This document shows positions 22,761 to 35,631 of a DNA stretch of 64,000 nucleotides, piece after piece. The notes beneath the pieces are model-generated. The model was not told the DNA's origin. It did not search any database and saw only the letters and a list, made by a program, of their open reading frames with translations. A program made the position numbers and the translations under genes. Location of the stretch: positions 4,278,001-4,342,000 of the forward strand of contig JAWMAR010000016.1 of the NCBI GenBank assembly GCA_036785375.1, in the 5' to 3' direction. Origin of the DNA: Leucoraja ocellata. Taxonomy: Eukaryota. Every line of letters begins with the position of its first letter. Within the stretch, counting starts at the first letter, position 1.

Positions 22761-24603
22761 TAAGTGGTCATGTCTGAACATCCCCATTTAGCCGCTATGC
22801 ACAAGGTATTGGACTCTTCCCTCACACTGCAGCATTTTTAAATGATTGTTAACAAGGACATAAGGAATAGGCAATGAATTCAGCCCATCAAGTCTAACTC
22901 TGCCATTCAATCATGTCTGAACTATTTCTCCCTCCTAACCCCATTCTCCTGCCTTCTCCTCATAACCTCTGACACCTGTACTAATCAAGAATCTATCTAT
23001 CTCTGCCTTAAAAATATCCACTGACACAGTCTCCACAGCCTTTTGGTGCTAATAATTCTACAGATTCACCGCCCTCTGACCACCGAAAGGTGCAGTAATT
23101 TGTATTTTTTGTTAATTATTGATTATTTCTAAATAAATGCTTGCGACTTTGCCTCCCTGATTGCATCTAGAATGTCGATATAAACATTTACAACCAAACC
23201 CTCACCCAGTACAATTTCCAAGTAAATCTTAAATCCAGAGTTCCTGTTGAGTGCTGCTGGAACCTTCATCAATAAACATTAATTGAAGACAATTACATTG
23301 TTATTTACTCATGCGCTATTTTCCTGCCTGCCCTCAGGATAATTGTTAGTCTATCATAAAACATAGGTAGATAAAGCATTACAATGTTGAGCCTCTGTTA
23401 AATGGATGCATTGCTGCTGTCAGGGAAAACTCAATGCTGGTTCTACTGACTAATTAATAAACAGTCTAATTAGGTGTATTCATTGCAGTAACCATGTCTC
23501 ATTCACCTACCATTAATTAAAATGCACTGTGAAACAAATGATTGTAAACTACTTTATTTATCTAATTCATGCTCCTGATTCAATTAGAAATATTTACTCA
23601 GTTAGAATATAGAACATAAAACAGGACAGGAATAGACCCTTCAGCCCACAATGTCTGTGCCGAACATGTTGCTAAATTAAACTGATCTCATCAGCCTGGA
23701 CATGATCCATATCCCTGCAATTCCATAGGCCTATCCAAAGGCCACTATCATATCTACCTTGGTTGTACAACTTTAATAGAAAGGTTAGTTCAAACTGTAT
23801 GTATTGAAAGGAATCCTACCTTTCATGTAGAAGGTGTTTTACCACAGGAACATGGATTTTTAGCATTAATCGCTTTCGTTGCTCGAGCTCTTTTGTGTCC
23901 GCAGCTCAAAACTCAAGTTTCCCCTCACTCCCAATGGTTCCATCATAGGCATTTTGAAGTATTGTGATAAGCCCTCTGGAACTGAATGTTCTGTCCAATG
24001 TCCCACAAAGTGGCAGTGATCTGCCAAAGGTTTTTCATTGCAAGTTTGTGTTAATGCGAAAGAAAACAAAATCACAAATAGAATCCACAGCAACTCTTTA
24101 TGATAAGCCTCCTACTTTTATACTTGTGAACTGGATTTGAAATATATGCCCCATTATTCAGTTGAGCTCCATTTTGGAAATAACTAAAGAGGTGGCAGAG
24201 TGACACAGCAGTAGAGCTGCTTCACAACGCCGGAGACCAGGTTTGATCCTGAACTTGGCTGCTGTCTGTGTGGAGTTTGCATCTTTTCCTTGTGACTGCA
24301 TGAGTTTCCTCTGGATGTTTAAGAAGCTTTTGGATAAGCATATAGAACTGCAGGCTACAGAGGGATATGGTTCATGTACAGGCAGACAAGATCAGTTTAA
24401 CTTAGCGTCATGTTCAGCACAAACATTGTGTGCTATACTGTTCTATGTTCTATATTCTAACCAAGTAAATATTTCCAATCGATTCAGGAGCATGAAATCG
24501 ATAAAATAAAACAGTTTACAATAGGTTGTTTCACAATTCATTTTAATGAATGGCTGATTTTAATTAATGGCTCCTATTTCATTCCCACATCCCAAAAACA
24601 TGT

Positions 24604-24672
24604 CGTACAGCTGCATTCTGTACCATCTGGAGACGGGCGATGGAGGACAATCTCCAGATGGTACAGAATGCA
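24604..24672. other. Templated insertion copied from the local L2, with foldback
   Basis: 24604-24648 equals 21045-21089 (44/45); 24651-24672 is the reverse complement of 24612-24633. Confidence 0.85.
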
Positions 24673-25274
24673 TTTAGACAGGTACATGGAAAGGACCAGT
24701 TTGGAGGGATATGGACCAAGCGCAAGCAGGTGGGACTAGTGTAGCTGGGACATGTTGGCCAGTGTGGGCAGTTTGGTCTGAAGGGCCTGTTTCAACTCTG
24801 TATCACTCTATGATTCTATGACTCCATAACGGAATGCACAGTGATGCTAAGAAATATTTTCAGGCTCTGCCTTCCTCTGGTACTCTGGATGACTTTATCC
24901 TGGATGTTACTGCTGCCCTTGGATGTTCGATTCATGCTTAACCATGCAACTGTGGAGTATTTCCCCACACCAATAAATTACACATGGCCAATGATTAAAA
25001 TGATCAAGAATTGAATGGCACCCTGTAGGATACCCAAATGTTAGTAGCCACTGTGTTTAATTGATTGCTCGTTAAGGTTTTGATTAATACTGAGCCTTGG
25101 TATATAGATGGTGGGAAGTTAACAAAGGAAATGCTATGGAGATGCAGACCATCGCTCAAACCAACCTCCCGCCCATTGACTTCATCTACACTTCACTGAC
25201 TCGGCAAGGCCATCAGCATAATCAAGGTTAAGTCTCACCCCGGACACTCCCTCTTCTCCCCTCTCCCATCATGT

Positions 25275-25740
25275 CCTAGGAATAGAATTAAGCAATTTGG
25301 CCCATCAATTCTACCCAGTCATTCAATCTTTTTTTTTTATATAGATGCAGGAGTAGGCCATTCGGCCCTTCCAGCCAGCACCGCCATTCAATGTGATCAT
25401 GGCTGATCTAACTTTCCCTCTCACCCAATTAGCCTACCTTCTCCCTAGAACCCATTCCTGACAATCTCTGCCTTAATAATATCTATTGACTTGGCCTCCA
25501 CAGCTTTATGTGGCAATGAATTCCACAGATTCACCACCCACTGACTACAGAAATTCCTCCTCGTCTCCTTTCCAAAGGAATGTATTTTTATTTTGAGGCT
25601 ATGGCCTCTGGTCCTAGACTCACACTATTAGAAACATCCTCTCCACATTCACTTTGTCCAGGCCTTTCACTTCGGTACGTTTCAATTAGGTCCCCCCCCC
25701 ATCCTAAATTCCAGCGAGTAGATGCCTAGTGCCATCAAAT
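25275..25740 (-). mobile_element. CR1 LINE 3' fragments (nested tails)
   Basis: GGAGTAGGCCATTCGGCCC..AATTCCACAGATTCACCACCC..TGGCCTCTGGTCCTAGAC. Confidence 0.85.
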
Positions 25741-25816
25741 GCTCATTAACTTCTTCAATCGTGTATTGTGAATATTGATTGCCAACATTCACAACTATTT
25801 TTCTATGTGTAAAATT

Positions 25817-26630
25817 CGTAGGCTCCCCTCGGCCATGACTGACCATGGATGATGCATCCTAGTTGTTGGCTGCTTGCTCCAAACCTCGGCTAGAGCAGCG
25901 TCTCTTGTGGCTGAAGAGACCAATGCGGGAGTGACAGTCTCTGTGGCAAAGGTCACATTTGTGTGTGTGGTCTCTGGTTTGTTGAAGTTGCTGCGCTCAT
26001 TTCTGCGTGCCCACTTGTCTGCCGCTGCGTTCAACAGTTTCTCTTCCCCCGTTTTGAGATGTTGGTTCAGGGCACCTCTCCACCTCGTGCGGTCAGCTGC
26101 AAGGCTCTCCCAGGACTCCACATCGATGTCGAGCGCCTTCATATCTCTCTTGCAGACATCCTTGTAACGCAGCTGGGGGCGGCCGATGGTTCTCAACCCA
26201 GATGTCGGCTCTCCATAGAGGATGTCTTTTGGAATACGGCCATCCTCCATGCGGTGGACATGGCCCAGCCACCACAGTCTGTGCTGCCTGAGTAGAGTGT
26301 ACATACTGAGAAGGCCAGCGCGAGACAGGATCTCGGCGTTGGACACTCTGTCTTGCCAGGATATGCCCAGGATACGGCGGGTGCTTCTCAGGTGGAAGGT
26401 ATTGAGCCTTCTCTCCTGCCTGGCATATATCGTCCATGTCTCACTGCCATACAGCAGCGTGCTGTTGTCACAGGCGTTGTAGACCGCTATCTTTGTCTTC
26501 ACTATCAGCTTTGAGTTGGTCCACACTCGAGTTGTGAGGCGAGCGAGAGTTGTAGCTGCCTTCCCGATCCTCTTATCAATCTCTGTGTCCAAGGAGAGGT
26601 TGTCGGTGATTGTGGAGTCGAGGTACGTGA
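25817..26630 (-). mobile_element. RTE-clade LINE 3' end
   Basis: EIDKRIGKA, TKIAVYNAC, LLYGSETWT, RRILGISWQDRVSN, WLGHVHRMEDGRIPKDILYGE, GRPQLRYKD; long open frame. Confidence 0.93.
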
Positions 26631-26827
26631 TATCAAGTGTGTAGAATATGGCTCCAGATAATGAATAACATATCTTATTTCACTTTAATATCCCTTCCAG
26701 ATGTCACACTAGTGTCCAAACCTTCCAGTGTTTGTCTGCGGCTGCCATTTTCAGGTCTCCAAACAGTGCTCAGAGTACTTTTGGATCTGATTGCATGCCA
26801 TTGAGTGAATTGGGTAATGTGAAAAAA

Positions 26828-27133
26828 GGGCAGCATGCTGGTGCTAAAAGGCAGAGGTGCAGCTTTACAGCGCCAGAAACCCGGGTTCGATCCTTACTAT
26901 GGGTGGTGTCTGTACGGAGTTTGTGCCTTCTTCTCGTGACTACGTTTGGTTTCCCCCGGTTGCTCCAGTTTCCTCCCACACTCCAAAGGTTGGTAGATAA
27001 ATTGGATTTGGTAAAAATTGGAAAATGTCCCTAATGAGTAGGTTAGTACTAGTGTATGGGGACCTCTGGTCAACGTCGACACGGTGGGCTGAGGTGCCTG
27101 TTTCTGTGCTCAATCTCTAAACTAAACTAAACT
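26828..27133 (+). mobile_element. HE1-like V-SINE
   Basis: B box CCGGGTTCGATCC, V-domain, (CTAAA)n tail. Confidence 0.85.
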
Positions 27134-28142
27134 TGGCCCGCCTGTTTTTTCACAGTAAGTCTATGCCTTCACCCTTCCCATGTCTACTGTGCTTTCATTC
27201 TGAATGACTTAAAGGATGGCGGATTCAAATCTGCCATAGTTTTATGCTTGGGGCATTCCCTCAGTTCAGGTCAGACCCCTTTTATCAGGGCCATCTCTCA
27301 TACCAAGAGGAGAAACAGCCTCTAAAGAGTACACACATATATACATGTTACAAGCCTTATGCAACTGAGATTGATCATGAGTCTTCACAGTATCCTGCCA
27401 AAAGTAATTGACCTCGAGAAATCTCTTTCGGGACATGCAAGGAACATTTTATTGCATTAGAGACATTATTAAATTAAAGTTTTGGTTCTCTTCTAAGCAG
27501 AGACTTTATGTTTTATTGTCTTATTATGACTAACTTTGAGAAAAAGTATTTATACAGGAATTGCTTACATAATAGTGGAACAGATTTAAAGGTTAAATGA
27601 TCAAATGAAAAAAAATAACTGGATTGCTACTTTATTGATCACAGAATACAAAAAGGGAAATATCTCTTAAAGGGACAGGGGGTAACTCTAATAAAAAAAA
27701 GCTGCAGATGCTGGAAGTTGGAAATTAAAGCAGAAATGCTGTAATAACGCAGCAGGTCAGGCAGCATCTGTGAGGAGAAGTTCAGCTTGATAACGTTGAA
27801 TGAGATCTACGAGAGTTAGAAATCGAACATCTTTCAAATTGCAGAGAAGAGGGAGGGTTGGAGAGAAAAAGATTGTCTTTTATTCTTGTCTGCTATTTTA
27901 TGAGAATTCAACATGACTGGATGCCCAATCTGTTTATTGTTTTACCTCTGGTGGATATTGAAGAATCTCCAGAATAAGAAGATGAAGGGATGTGTTGCTG
28001 GTGATGATAGTGATGCTGGCTGGGAGAGGATATTGAAGGCTTAATACTCACAACAGTTCTGTCTGGATGAGATATTAACAGAAGGAAATTAATGAGAGAC
28101 GAAAGAGAGAAAGAACAAGACTGAATGAGATGCAAAGCATGA

Positions 28143-28266
28143 GTAGGAAGGAACTGCAGATGCTGGTTCATACCAAAGATAGACACAAAATGCTGGAGTA
28201 ACTCAGCGGGTCAGGCAGCATCTCTAGAGGAAAGGGATATGTGACTTTTTGGGTCAGAACCCTTCT
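28143..28266 (-). mobile_element. Penelope-derived short element
   Basis: GTAGGAAGGAACTGCAGATGCTGG..GGAGTAACTCAGCGGGTCAGGCAGCATCTC..CCCTTCT. Confidence 0.8.
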
Positions 28267-28959
28267 AATTAGAGCAAAGCATTGCAGTTATCAAAAGTCT
28301 GAAATAATAGAGATAGTTGAACATACTCAACGGGTCCAACAGCATTTACAGAGAGAAAAAACAAGTTTATCCGAGTTGATAGACTTCCTCAGAGCTGGGC
28401 AGTTCTGGTACAGACTGGAAAGCTTGTTTTTTTCCAAAATTCTTGAATTCAAGTAAGAATGCGAATACACTTCAGAATTATTTTTAATATCTTGCACAAT
28501 TCCATATATCTTGCCGCTACTTAGAGAATTTTGGGGGGTATTTTTAAAGTGGGAATTAATAAGTTCTTGATTAGTATGGGTGTCAAAGTTTACGGGGAGA
28601 TGGCAGGAGAATGGGGTTGAGGGGGAGAAATAGATCAGCCATGATCAAATGATGGGGCAGACTGGATGGGCCAAATGGACTAATTAAAGTCTTATGACCT
28701 TTTGATCTAAAATATTTTTCCACTTTTTTCATTTACCCAAATGGCAACTTTTTCCAACACATGTCTATATTATCTTATACATCAACACTTACACATAACA
28801 TTAATTACGACAACATTTACTCAACTTTAGTGCCTAACCAAGCTGACTTGTTCATAGGGGTAATCTGCAATAAACAATGCTAATCATTTTAATGAGACAC
28901 AAGTTTAATGGGACACCTGATGCCACTTTGATGAATAAGTTATGAAATCATTCATCGTT

Positions 28960-29395
28960 AGGTCAGCACAGTGGTGCAGCACAAGGTAGAGCTGCTGCCG
29001 CCTCATAATGCCAAAGAACCTATGTTCAATCCTGAATTTGGGTATTGTCTGTTTGGGGTTTATACATTCTCCCTGTGATTGCATGGGTTTGCTCGGGTGC
29101 ACAGGTTTCCTGCCACATCCCAAAGATGTGTCGGAAGGAACTGCTGATGCTGGTTTAAGCCAAAGATCGACACAAAAAGCTGGAGTAACTCAGCGGGTCA
29201 GGCAGCATCTCTGGAGATAAGCAATAAGTGACATTTCGGGTTGAGACCCTTCCTCAGACGTGCAGGTTTGTAGGTTAATTGGCCTTGGTAAATGGCCCCT
29301 TGTGTGCAGGGATTGAATACGAAAGCGAGATAATATAGAACTAGTATGAATGGGTCGGCATGGACTCGGTGGGCTGAAGGGCCCGTTTCCAGGTT
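28960..29395 (+). mobile_element. HE1-like SINE with a nested minus-strand hammerhead element (~29132-29259)
   Basis: The SINE resumes at AGACGTGCAGGTTTGTAGG after the insertion. Confidence 0.8.
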
Positions 29396-30020
29396 GAAGC
29401 TTTCATTCATTTAATCACATGGCAGATAACGCTGGAGATTTCTCAGTGAACAAACATAAAGGTCTCATTGAAACATAATAGTCCTTCCTGGAGCATTTTG
29501 CATCCCCAGCGATGTCACTCAGAGTGTTTACATCTCTCATGAGTGCTCATATTGCTAACATCACCTGGGCAAGTCTTGCAGAATGGAAATAATCGTTGAT
29601 AAGAACTCCTCCAATGCTACTGATCCCTTGGTGTTTGCTAACCTACAAATTACTAGGCAAGGACAGGAAGAGTTATTCATGGGTGTAATATCTCTCCATC
29701 TCTTCTGCCTCATTTGTCTCTTCTGCTTCACTTGCCCAGTTACCAGAAAGTTATCTGAGCCAGTCTGCTGAAACAGAAACACCACTGAGCTACTTTCACA
29801 GAGTCCATAGTCCCTTGGTAGCATTCAACTCCCCATCAACTAATAGGTTTCAATGCTCACAATTGTCCTGGAAAGATTAATTTATTTCAGAAAACACCAA
29901 CTGGAGGTAGCAAGCCTATGATTTACAGACATTAACAATTGTGGAAATAAAATATCTTATCAATGGAGTTTCAGATCTATAGCTTTTTTTTGAGATATAC
30001 AGAATAGGCACAAAACAAGT

Positions 30021-30221
30021 TAGACACAAAAAGCTGGAGTAATTCAGCGGGTCAGCCAGCATCTCTATAGAAAAGGAATAGGTGATTTTTTTGGGTCTGA
30101 AGAAGATTGTCTCGAGAAGGATCTTGTCTTGCAACGTCACTTATTCCTTTTCTCCAGAGATGCTGTCTAACCTGCTGAATTAAGCTTTTCGTGTCTATCT
30201 TCGGTTTAAACCAGTACCTGC
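30021..30221. mobile_element. Head-to-head pair of Penelope-derived short elements
   Basis: Minus arm 30021-30090, plus arm ~30095-30221. Confidence 0.75.
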
Positions 30222-30448
30222 GGAATATGCACAATGTCTGGCTGGCCAACGTTGGCAATATGCTGAGATTTAATCATGTACACGGGGAAATGCCAGGAGG
30301 TTGGTATAAGGGTTGGAAGGTTTTGAAATAAAGGTGATAAGTTTAACTCTGGAATCTACTGAGTACATTCATACTATTCACCCTTTGGTTCCTCAGAATA
30401 ATCAGCAACATCCTCCATCGACTGCAACAGAAGACTTGTGAACCATTG

Positions 30449-30534
30449 GCAGACACAAAATGCCGGAGTAACTCAGCGGGACAGGCAGCATCTCTGGAGA
30501 GAAGGAATGAGTGACCTTTCGGGTCAAGATCCTT
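30449..30534 (-). mobile_element. Penelope-derived short element with 14-bp TSD
   Basis: CTTGTGAACCATTG at 30435-30448 and 30535-30548. Confidence 0.85.
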
Positions 30535-31628
30535 CTTGTGAACCATTGCCCTCTCAGGGGAGTCACAATGTTTCAGGTGTGGAGCAGAAACTATACATTG
30601 CACAGGACATCACAATTCACACCGACTGGAGGGTCATATCCTATTTTTCACTGGATTCAAAATCTGCTAAAATGCATGCCCTGACTTATCACATTTAGTA
30701 GATGATAATAACTTTTGGATGTATACTCTTAAGTACATGCTGGGAAAGTAACCTGCCCAGAATAACTACATGTAAGCTGAATATGAATGCGGCAAAAATA
30801 AACCATAGTTCATGGATAGAATGGATTCATTTCAAACCTGTGAAATAAGTCTCATAGGATGAAGGGTAAAGATTACGAAATAAAATCATTGAACTCACTG
30901 GTGCACACAAAGCAATGGACTGAGATATGTCAGCCTATTGCCTCTTCACAGATTTCCCTTTTGGCAAATTTTAATGATTTTCAGTAGCACAGCCACCTTT
31001 TCATTCATCGTCAATAAAGTATTCGACCATAAATTTAACCCTGCGTACTCATTTTCCTGAAAGACTCTTGGTCAGGAGTGAGGTTTTTCTTTTCCCAACA
31101 GCAAGGCTCAAAGTTTATGCTTGAAATACTCCTCTAGCTGAGAGCAAGTGTATAGAGACACAAAGTTAGATCGTAGACCTGACCTAACATCGGGTCTTTA
31201 GACAGTCATTATCTTTCACAAACACGAGGTATTCCAGAACACTTTATTCCCAAGGAAGTGTCTCGGCAACATACAGCACCTTTCCAGCTATTGAGCCCAA
31301 TCTGCTCAACTTTTTCTTAGAGGACAGACCCTTCAATCAACATAGTGAAATATCTATGAACTTTAGGTTAAAAATAGTCAATTGTCCCTTGTGCTTCTGT
31401 ACGGGGTTGGCATGGACTCGGTGTGCCGAAGGGCTTGTTTCCACACTGTATCTCTAAATTCTAAAGTCTTAGTATATTATAATATACTTTATTATAGTAT
31501 ATTATGATATATCTAAATTGAATAGTTCATGTACTTGGAAGAATAGCTCATGTGAGATATTCCCTTGAGTAGACATTTTTTTAAGACTGGTTGCAATATC
31601 TACCAATAATCACTGGCTGGCACTAGTA

Positions 31629-32255
31629 ATGGCTGCCTCGCCAACAGTCTGTCTGTCCTTTCCTGCTTTGTGTTTAAATAGTACATGTTAAATATAGTGT
31701 TTTAGTGTTTTAGTGTTCTTTATTTTCATTTGGGGGGGCTTGGGGGAAACATTTTCTAATCTCTTACTTCGATGGAGTTGCAATTTGTTTCCGTATCGTA
31801 TCTCTGTCCGCACTGCGGTCTATCATCGATGAGTTGGCGGCCTTTGCTGGAGACCGACTTTTGAGAGCTCCACCGCGGGGAACCTACGGGACTTTAACAT
31901 CGCGAAGCCCACAATCTCTTTGCCGGGGATCGCCCTCAGAGCTCCAACCATCGATGCTTGCGGACTTAACATCAACGAGCCCGCGGTCTCCGGTCAGAGA
32001 ACGACCGAGAACTCCAACCCGCGTGCGTTTCGACCACCCCGACGTGGGAGTATTGAATGCCCCAACACAGGCTTTGACCACCGGCTGCGCTAACTTTGAG
32101 CACCCCGACAGATGAAATAAGGAGGAAGAAGATATTCGCCCACCACAGGAGAAATAAAGACGAAGAAAATTTGATTTTTTTTGCTTTCCATCACAGTGAG
32201 ATATGTGGGGCATCTGCTGTAGTGGATGTTTATGATAACTTGTATGTATTTTGAA
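31629..32255 (+). mobile_element. GC-rich non-coding retroposon (same family as 6745-7466)
   Basis: ATGGCTGCCTCGCCAACAG head and colinear body; the track ORFs at 7113 and 31834 translate similarly. Confidence 0.75.
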
Positions 32256-32270
32256 ACCTTTGAAACTTAA

Positions 32271-32634
32271 TGCCCCTGTCCCACTTAGGAGACCTAAACA
32301 GCAACCTCTGGAGACCTTGCCCGGTGACCTGTAACCTCCTACCACCTCCCACGCATATGTTGAAAACCTTGTTCGACTATGAAGAAAACTGACTTCGACT
32401 AGACCTGCGACTAAAAAATGATCGATTTTTAAAACGGCACCCTATTTTTAGTCGAGGCCGGTTTTAATCATGATGAAAAAATAGCAGCAACCTAGATGAA
32501 GCCTCGACCACGCTGAAACCACTTTCGACCATTAGGGAGAGTGACCAAAACCTCCGGTGACCTCATGGAAACCTTGGGTGGCGGGCAAGGTCACTAGAGG
32601 TTGCTGTTTAGGTCTCCTAAGTGGAACAGGGGCT
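32271..32634. mobile_element. Harbinger-like MITE
   Basis: ~53-bp TIR TGCCCCTGTCCCACTTAGGAGACCTAAACAGCAACCTCT; TAA on the left, TTA on the right. Confidence 0.85.
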
Positions 32635-32867
32635 TTAATCACCATCTTTAGCGTAAATATTTGCCGATGGTGAAATGTGTACATAATTAGTGGTTCTGAA
32701 TAAAGTAGTTGCTCACTCGGTGTTGTCAAGATGAACGTGAGCTGGTCTTATAATTGCATACTGTGTCGGGCCTTAATTTAACAGCTAGATGACTAATATG
32801 TACAATTTGCATTGTGTTTGCTAGCTCAGTTATATTTAACGGTATGGAGGAAACATTAAGGATGTGC

Positions 32868-33165
32868 TTAGTTTAGTTTATACAGCGCGGAATCAGGCTC
32901 TTCTGCCCACCGAGTCCACACTGACCAACAATCTCCATACACTAACGCTATCCTACACACACTCGGGACAATATACAATTTTACCAAGCCAATTTACCCA
33001 CCTACCTCTTTGGAGTATGGAAGGAAACCAAAGCACTCGTACAAAACCCACGCATGTAACAGGAAGAACGTAAAAACTCCGTACAGACAGCACCCGTAGT
33101 CAGGATCGAACCCGGGTCGCTGGCACAGTAATGCAGCAACTCTACCGCTGCGCCACCATGCTGTC
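32868..33165 (-). mobile_element. HE1-like V-SINE
   Basis: Full head-to-tail match on the minus strand. Confidence 0.88.
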
Positions 33166-33789
33166 TCAATAAATAATTGGAAATAAAATCCTGTCATGTT
33201 CCAAGTTGCTTAATCATCATTCAAATTTTTTTTAATTCCTCACTTTAAACGGTGCCACTATCATAGATAAGTAGTTTTGTTCATTTTGAGTATATATGAT
33301 CTTATCAGTTCCATTCTCCCTCTGACACCTTTGCCCTGTATCATCATTATTCCTCTGTGACCCCAAAATATGATTGCTATTGGGTTATTTGCCAAGCCTA
33401 TTTTGCTTCCTCATTTGAAATTCAGGCACACACATTTTCAACAGTTGTGATTTATGAGCAATCAACCTAATGGTTCCTATTGTTTATCCTGGAGTGCAGA
33501 AATCAGCTTGCTCAGCAAAGGCCAGCAAGGAACCTGCATGTCTTTCATGGATTTAAATTACAATAATAATCCAGGAATTAGCTAATTGCAGCATTAGGGG
33601 AGGGGGCTTTAACTGTTTTCTGAAAGTAAACATCTTTATATATTTTTAGGTAACCACAATTATTAAGCTCATTTTTACTTATTTTCAGCCATAAGGGGAA
33701 ATTTAATATACGTGGATGTTTATCTGTAGCTGTAAAAGTGAGGCAGATAGCACTTAATGAGTAAAATGCTCCTGATGCTTATCTTAATC

Positions 33790-34385
33790 TTAATCACAAT
33801 CACAATAATACTTTATTAGCCAAGTATGTTTTGCAACATACGAGGAATTTAATTTGCAAAGTCAGTCATGCAAATAAAAAGCAACGGAACACACAAAATA
33901 CATTTTAACATAAACATCCACCACAGTGACTCCTCCACATTCCTCACTGTGGTGGAAGGTGAAAAAAAAGTTCAAATCTCTTCCCTTCTTTGCTCTCTCA
34001 CGGCAGGGGGCCTCGAGCCCGCCGTTGACGGAACGATCATGACTCCCGTAGCCGGCGGTGTTTCGGTTCTCCGCGTCGGGGTGATAAGCTCCTGCATCGG
34101 GGGGGGGGGGATGCCAGCTCCCCGCGCCGGACAATCGAACCCAACATCGGGGATGGTCGAGCCTCTGTGTCGTTGGAGCTCCCGACTAGCCTCTCCCAAG
34201 ACTTCCAGCTCACGATGGTAAAGTCCGCAGGCCACGGTTGGAACGATCCCAGGCAAGGGATCGACTCTGATTTTAAGTCCACGCCCCATGGTGGGGTTCA
34301 AGGTCCGTCCGAGGAGGCCTCCAGCTCCATCGATGGTAGGCCGCAGAGCGACCGGGGATGCGATCCAGAAAAAAAATCACCCTAA
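33790..34385 (-). mobile_element. GC-rich non-coding retroposon with Rex1-type tail
   Basis: Shares CATAAACATCCACCACAG..CCACATTCCTCACTGTG and the AAGTCCGCA/GGCCGCAG modules with 6745-7466. Confidence 0.7.
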
Positions 34386-34520
34386 ATTAATAATTCACAA
34401 TATTCTTGACCAATCCAGAAGTAGTTTAGTTTAGTTTGGAGATACAGCATGGAAACAGGCCCTTCAGCCCACCGCTTCCATGCCAGCCACCAATCACGGG
34501 AAGCTGAACAATATTTACCA

Positions 34521-34742
34521 AGGAAAGAACTGCAGATGCTGGTTTAAACCGAAGATAGACACAAAGTGCTGAAGTAACTGAACAGGACAGACAACATCTG
34601 TGGAGAGTAGGAATGAGTGACATTTTGGGTTGAGACCCTTCTTCAGAATTAAAGAAGTGTCTCGACCCGAAACGTCACCCACCCCGTCTCTCCAGTGATG
34701 CTGCCTGTCCTGCTGAGTTACTCCAGCATTTTGTGGCTTTCT
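34521..34742. mobile_element. Head-to-head Penelope-derived pair with 11-bp TSD
   Basis: AATATTTACCA at 34510-34520 and 34743-34753. Confidence 0.85.
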
Positions 34743-35324
34743 AATATTTACCAGGGGATCCTTTTGAAACAGCATTGAAACCCTGTGGATACAGCAGTGT
34801 CGTAGCTACTCCTGCTTCACAATTCCAGTGACCTGGCTTTGATCCTGACTGGTCAGATAGCATCTATGGAAAACCTGCATCGGAGACGTTTTGGGTCGGG
34901 ATCCTTCTTCAGACTGATTAGTCAGTGTTCGCCATGTTGAGAACCAGATCGACACTGTGTTTGCTCAAGATTCCAGCAAATGCAGTTTCTTGAGGCTCCA
35001 TTTAACAGCTCCCTGGATCATTTTATAACCCCTCTATTACTGATTTATGTCATGCCTAATAATAAAGCTATTATTCTTAGCCTGGAACCATTTTGCTTGA
35101 TTTGTATCTCTTCATCTCTTTCCCCTGATAAATCTCATTTTTCAGACATTATATTAGGCATAAATTATTAATATAAACAAATGGTCCAAGAAAAACTCAA
35201 GGAGAGAAAATAAATATTGAACTCTGAATCAGGGAGTTAGAATTATGCAATCATAGGGTCAAACAGCTGGGAAGGGTGCGCCATCTACACTAATACCATG
35301 TATTCACGTTTGACCCATATCCCC

Positions 35325-35631
35325 TCCGGCGTGAGGGCCTGAACATCGGGCCACCCGGGGCGGCGACTGCAGGTGCTCGGAAGGCCCCGACCACGGATGA
35401 ACACGGAGGGGAGGCTGGCTGGACTATGGTGCCATCCTCACCTTGGTGCCATTTATCTTATGTTGTGTCGTGGACTTTCTGTGTTTGTGCTTTTTTTTAA
35501 TTCAATTTCAATTTTATTTTAATATGTTTTATTATTTATTTATTATTAAAAAAAAAAAAAATTTTAAGGGAAATTCATTTCGTTGTCTCAAATTGAGACA
35601 ATGACAATAAATTTGAATACAACAATACAAT
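35325..35631 (+). mobile_element. GC-rich retroposon fragment with Rex1-type tail, nested in CR1
   Basis: Ends ATGACAATAAA plus (AATAC)n; CR1 sequence continues on both sides. Confidence 0.6.

Noticed and set aside
23866-24093. ORF with a signal-peptide-like N-terminus (LWILFVILFSFALTQTC)
   Set aside because: Starts at TTG, no recognisable family; the hydrophobic stretch reflects T-rich sequence.
25817-25870. The local RTE as the autonomous partner of the HDV-ribozyme SINE
   Set aside because: Its 3' end (..GGAGCCTACGAA) does not match the SINE's stem-loop and (AGA)n tail; the partner must be another family.
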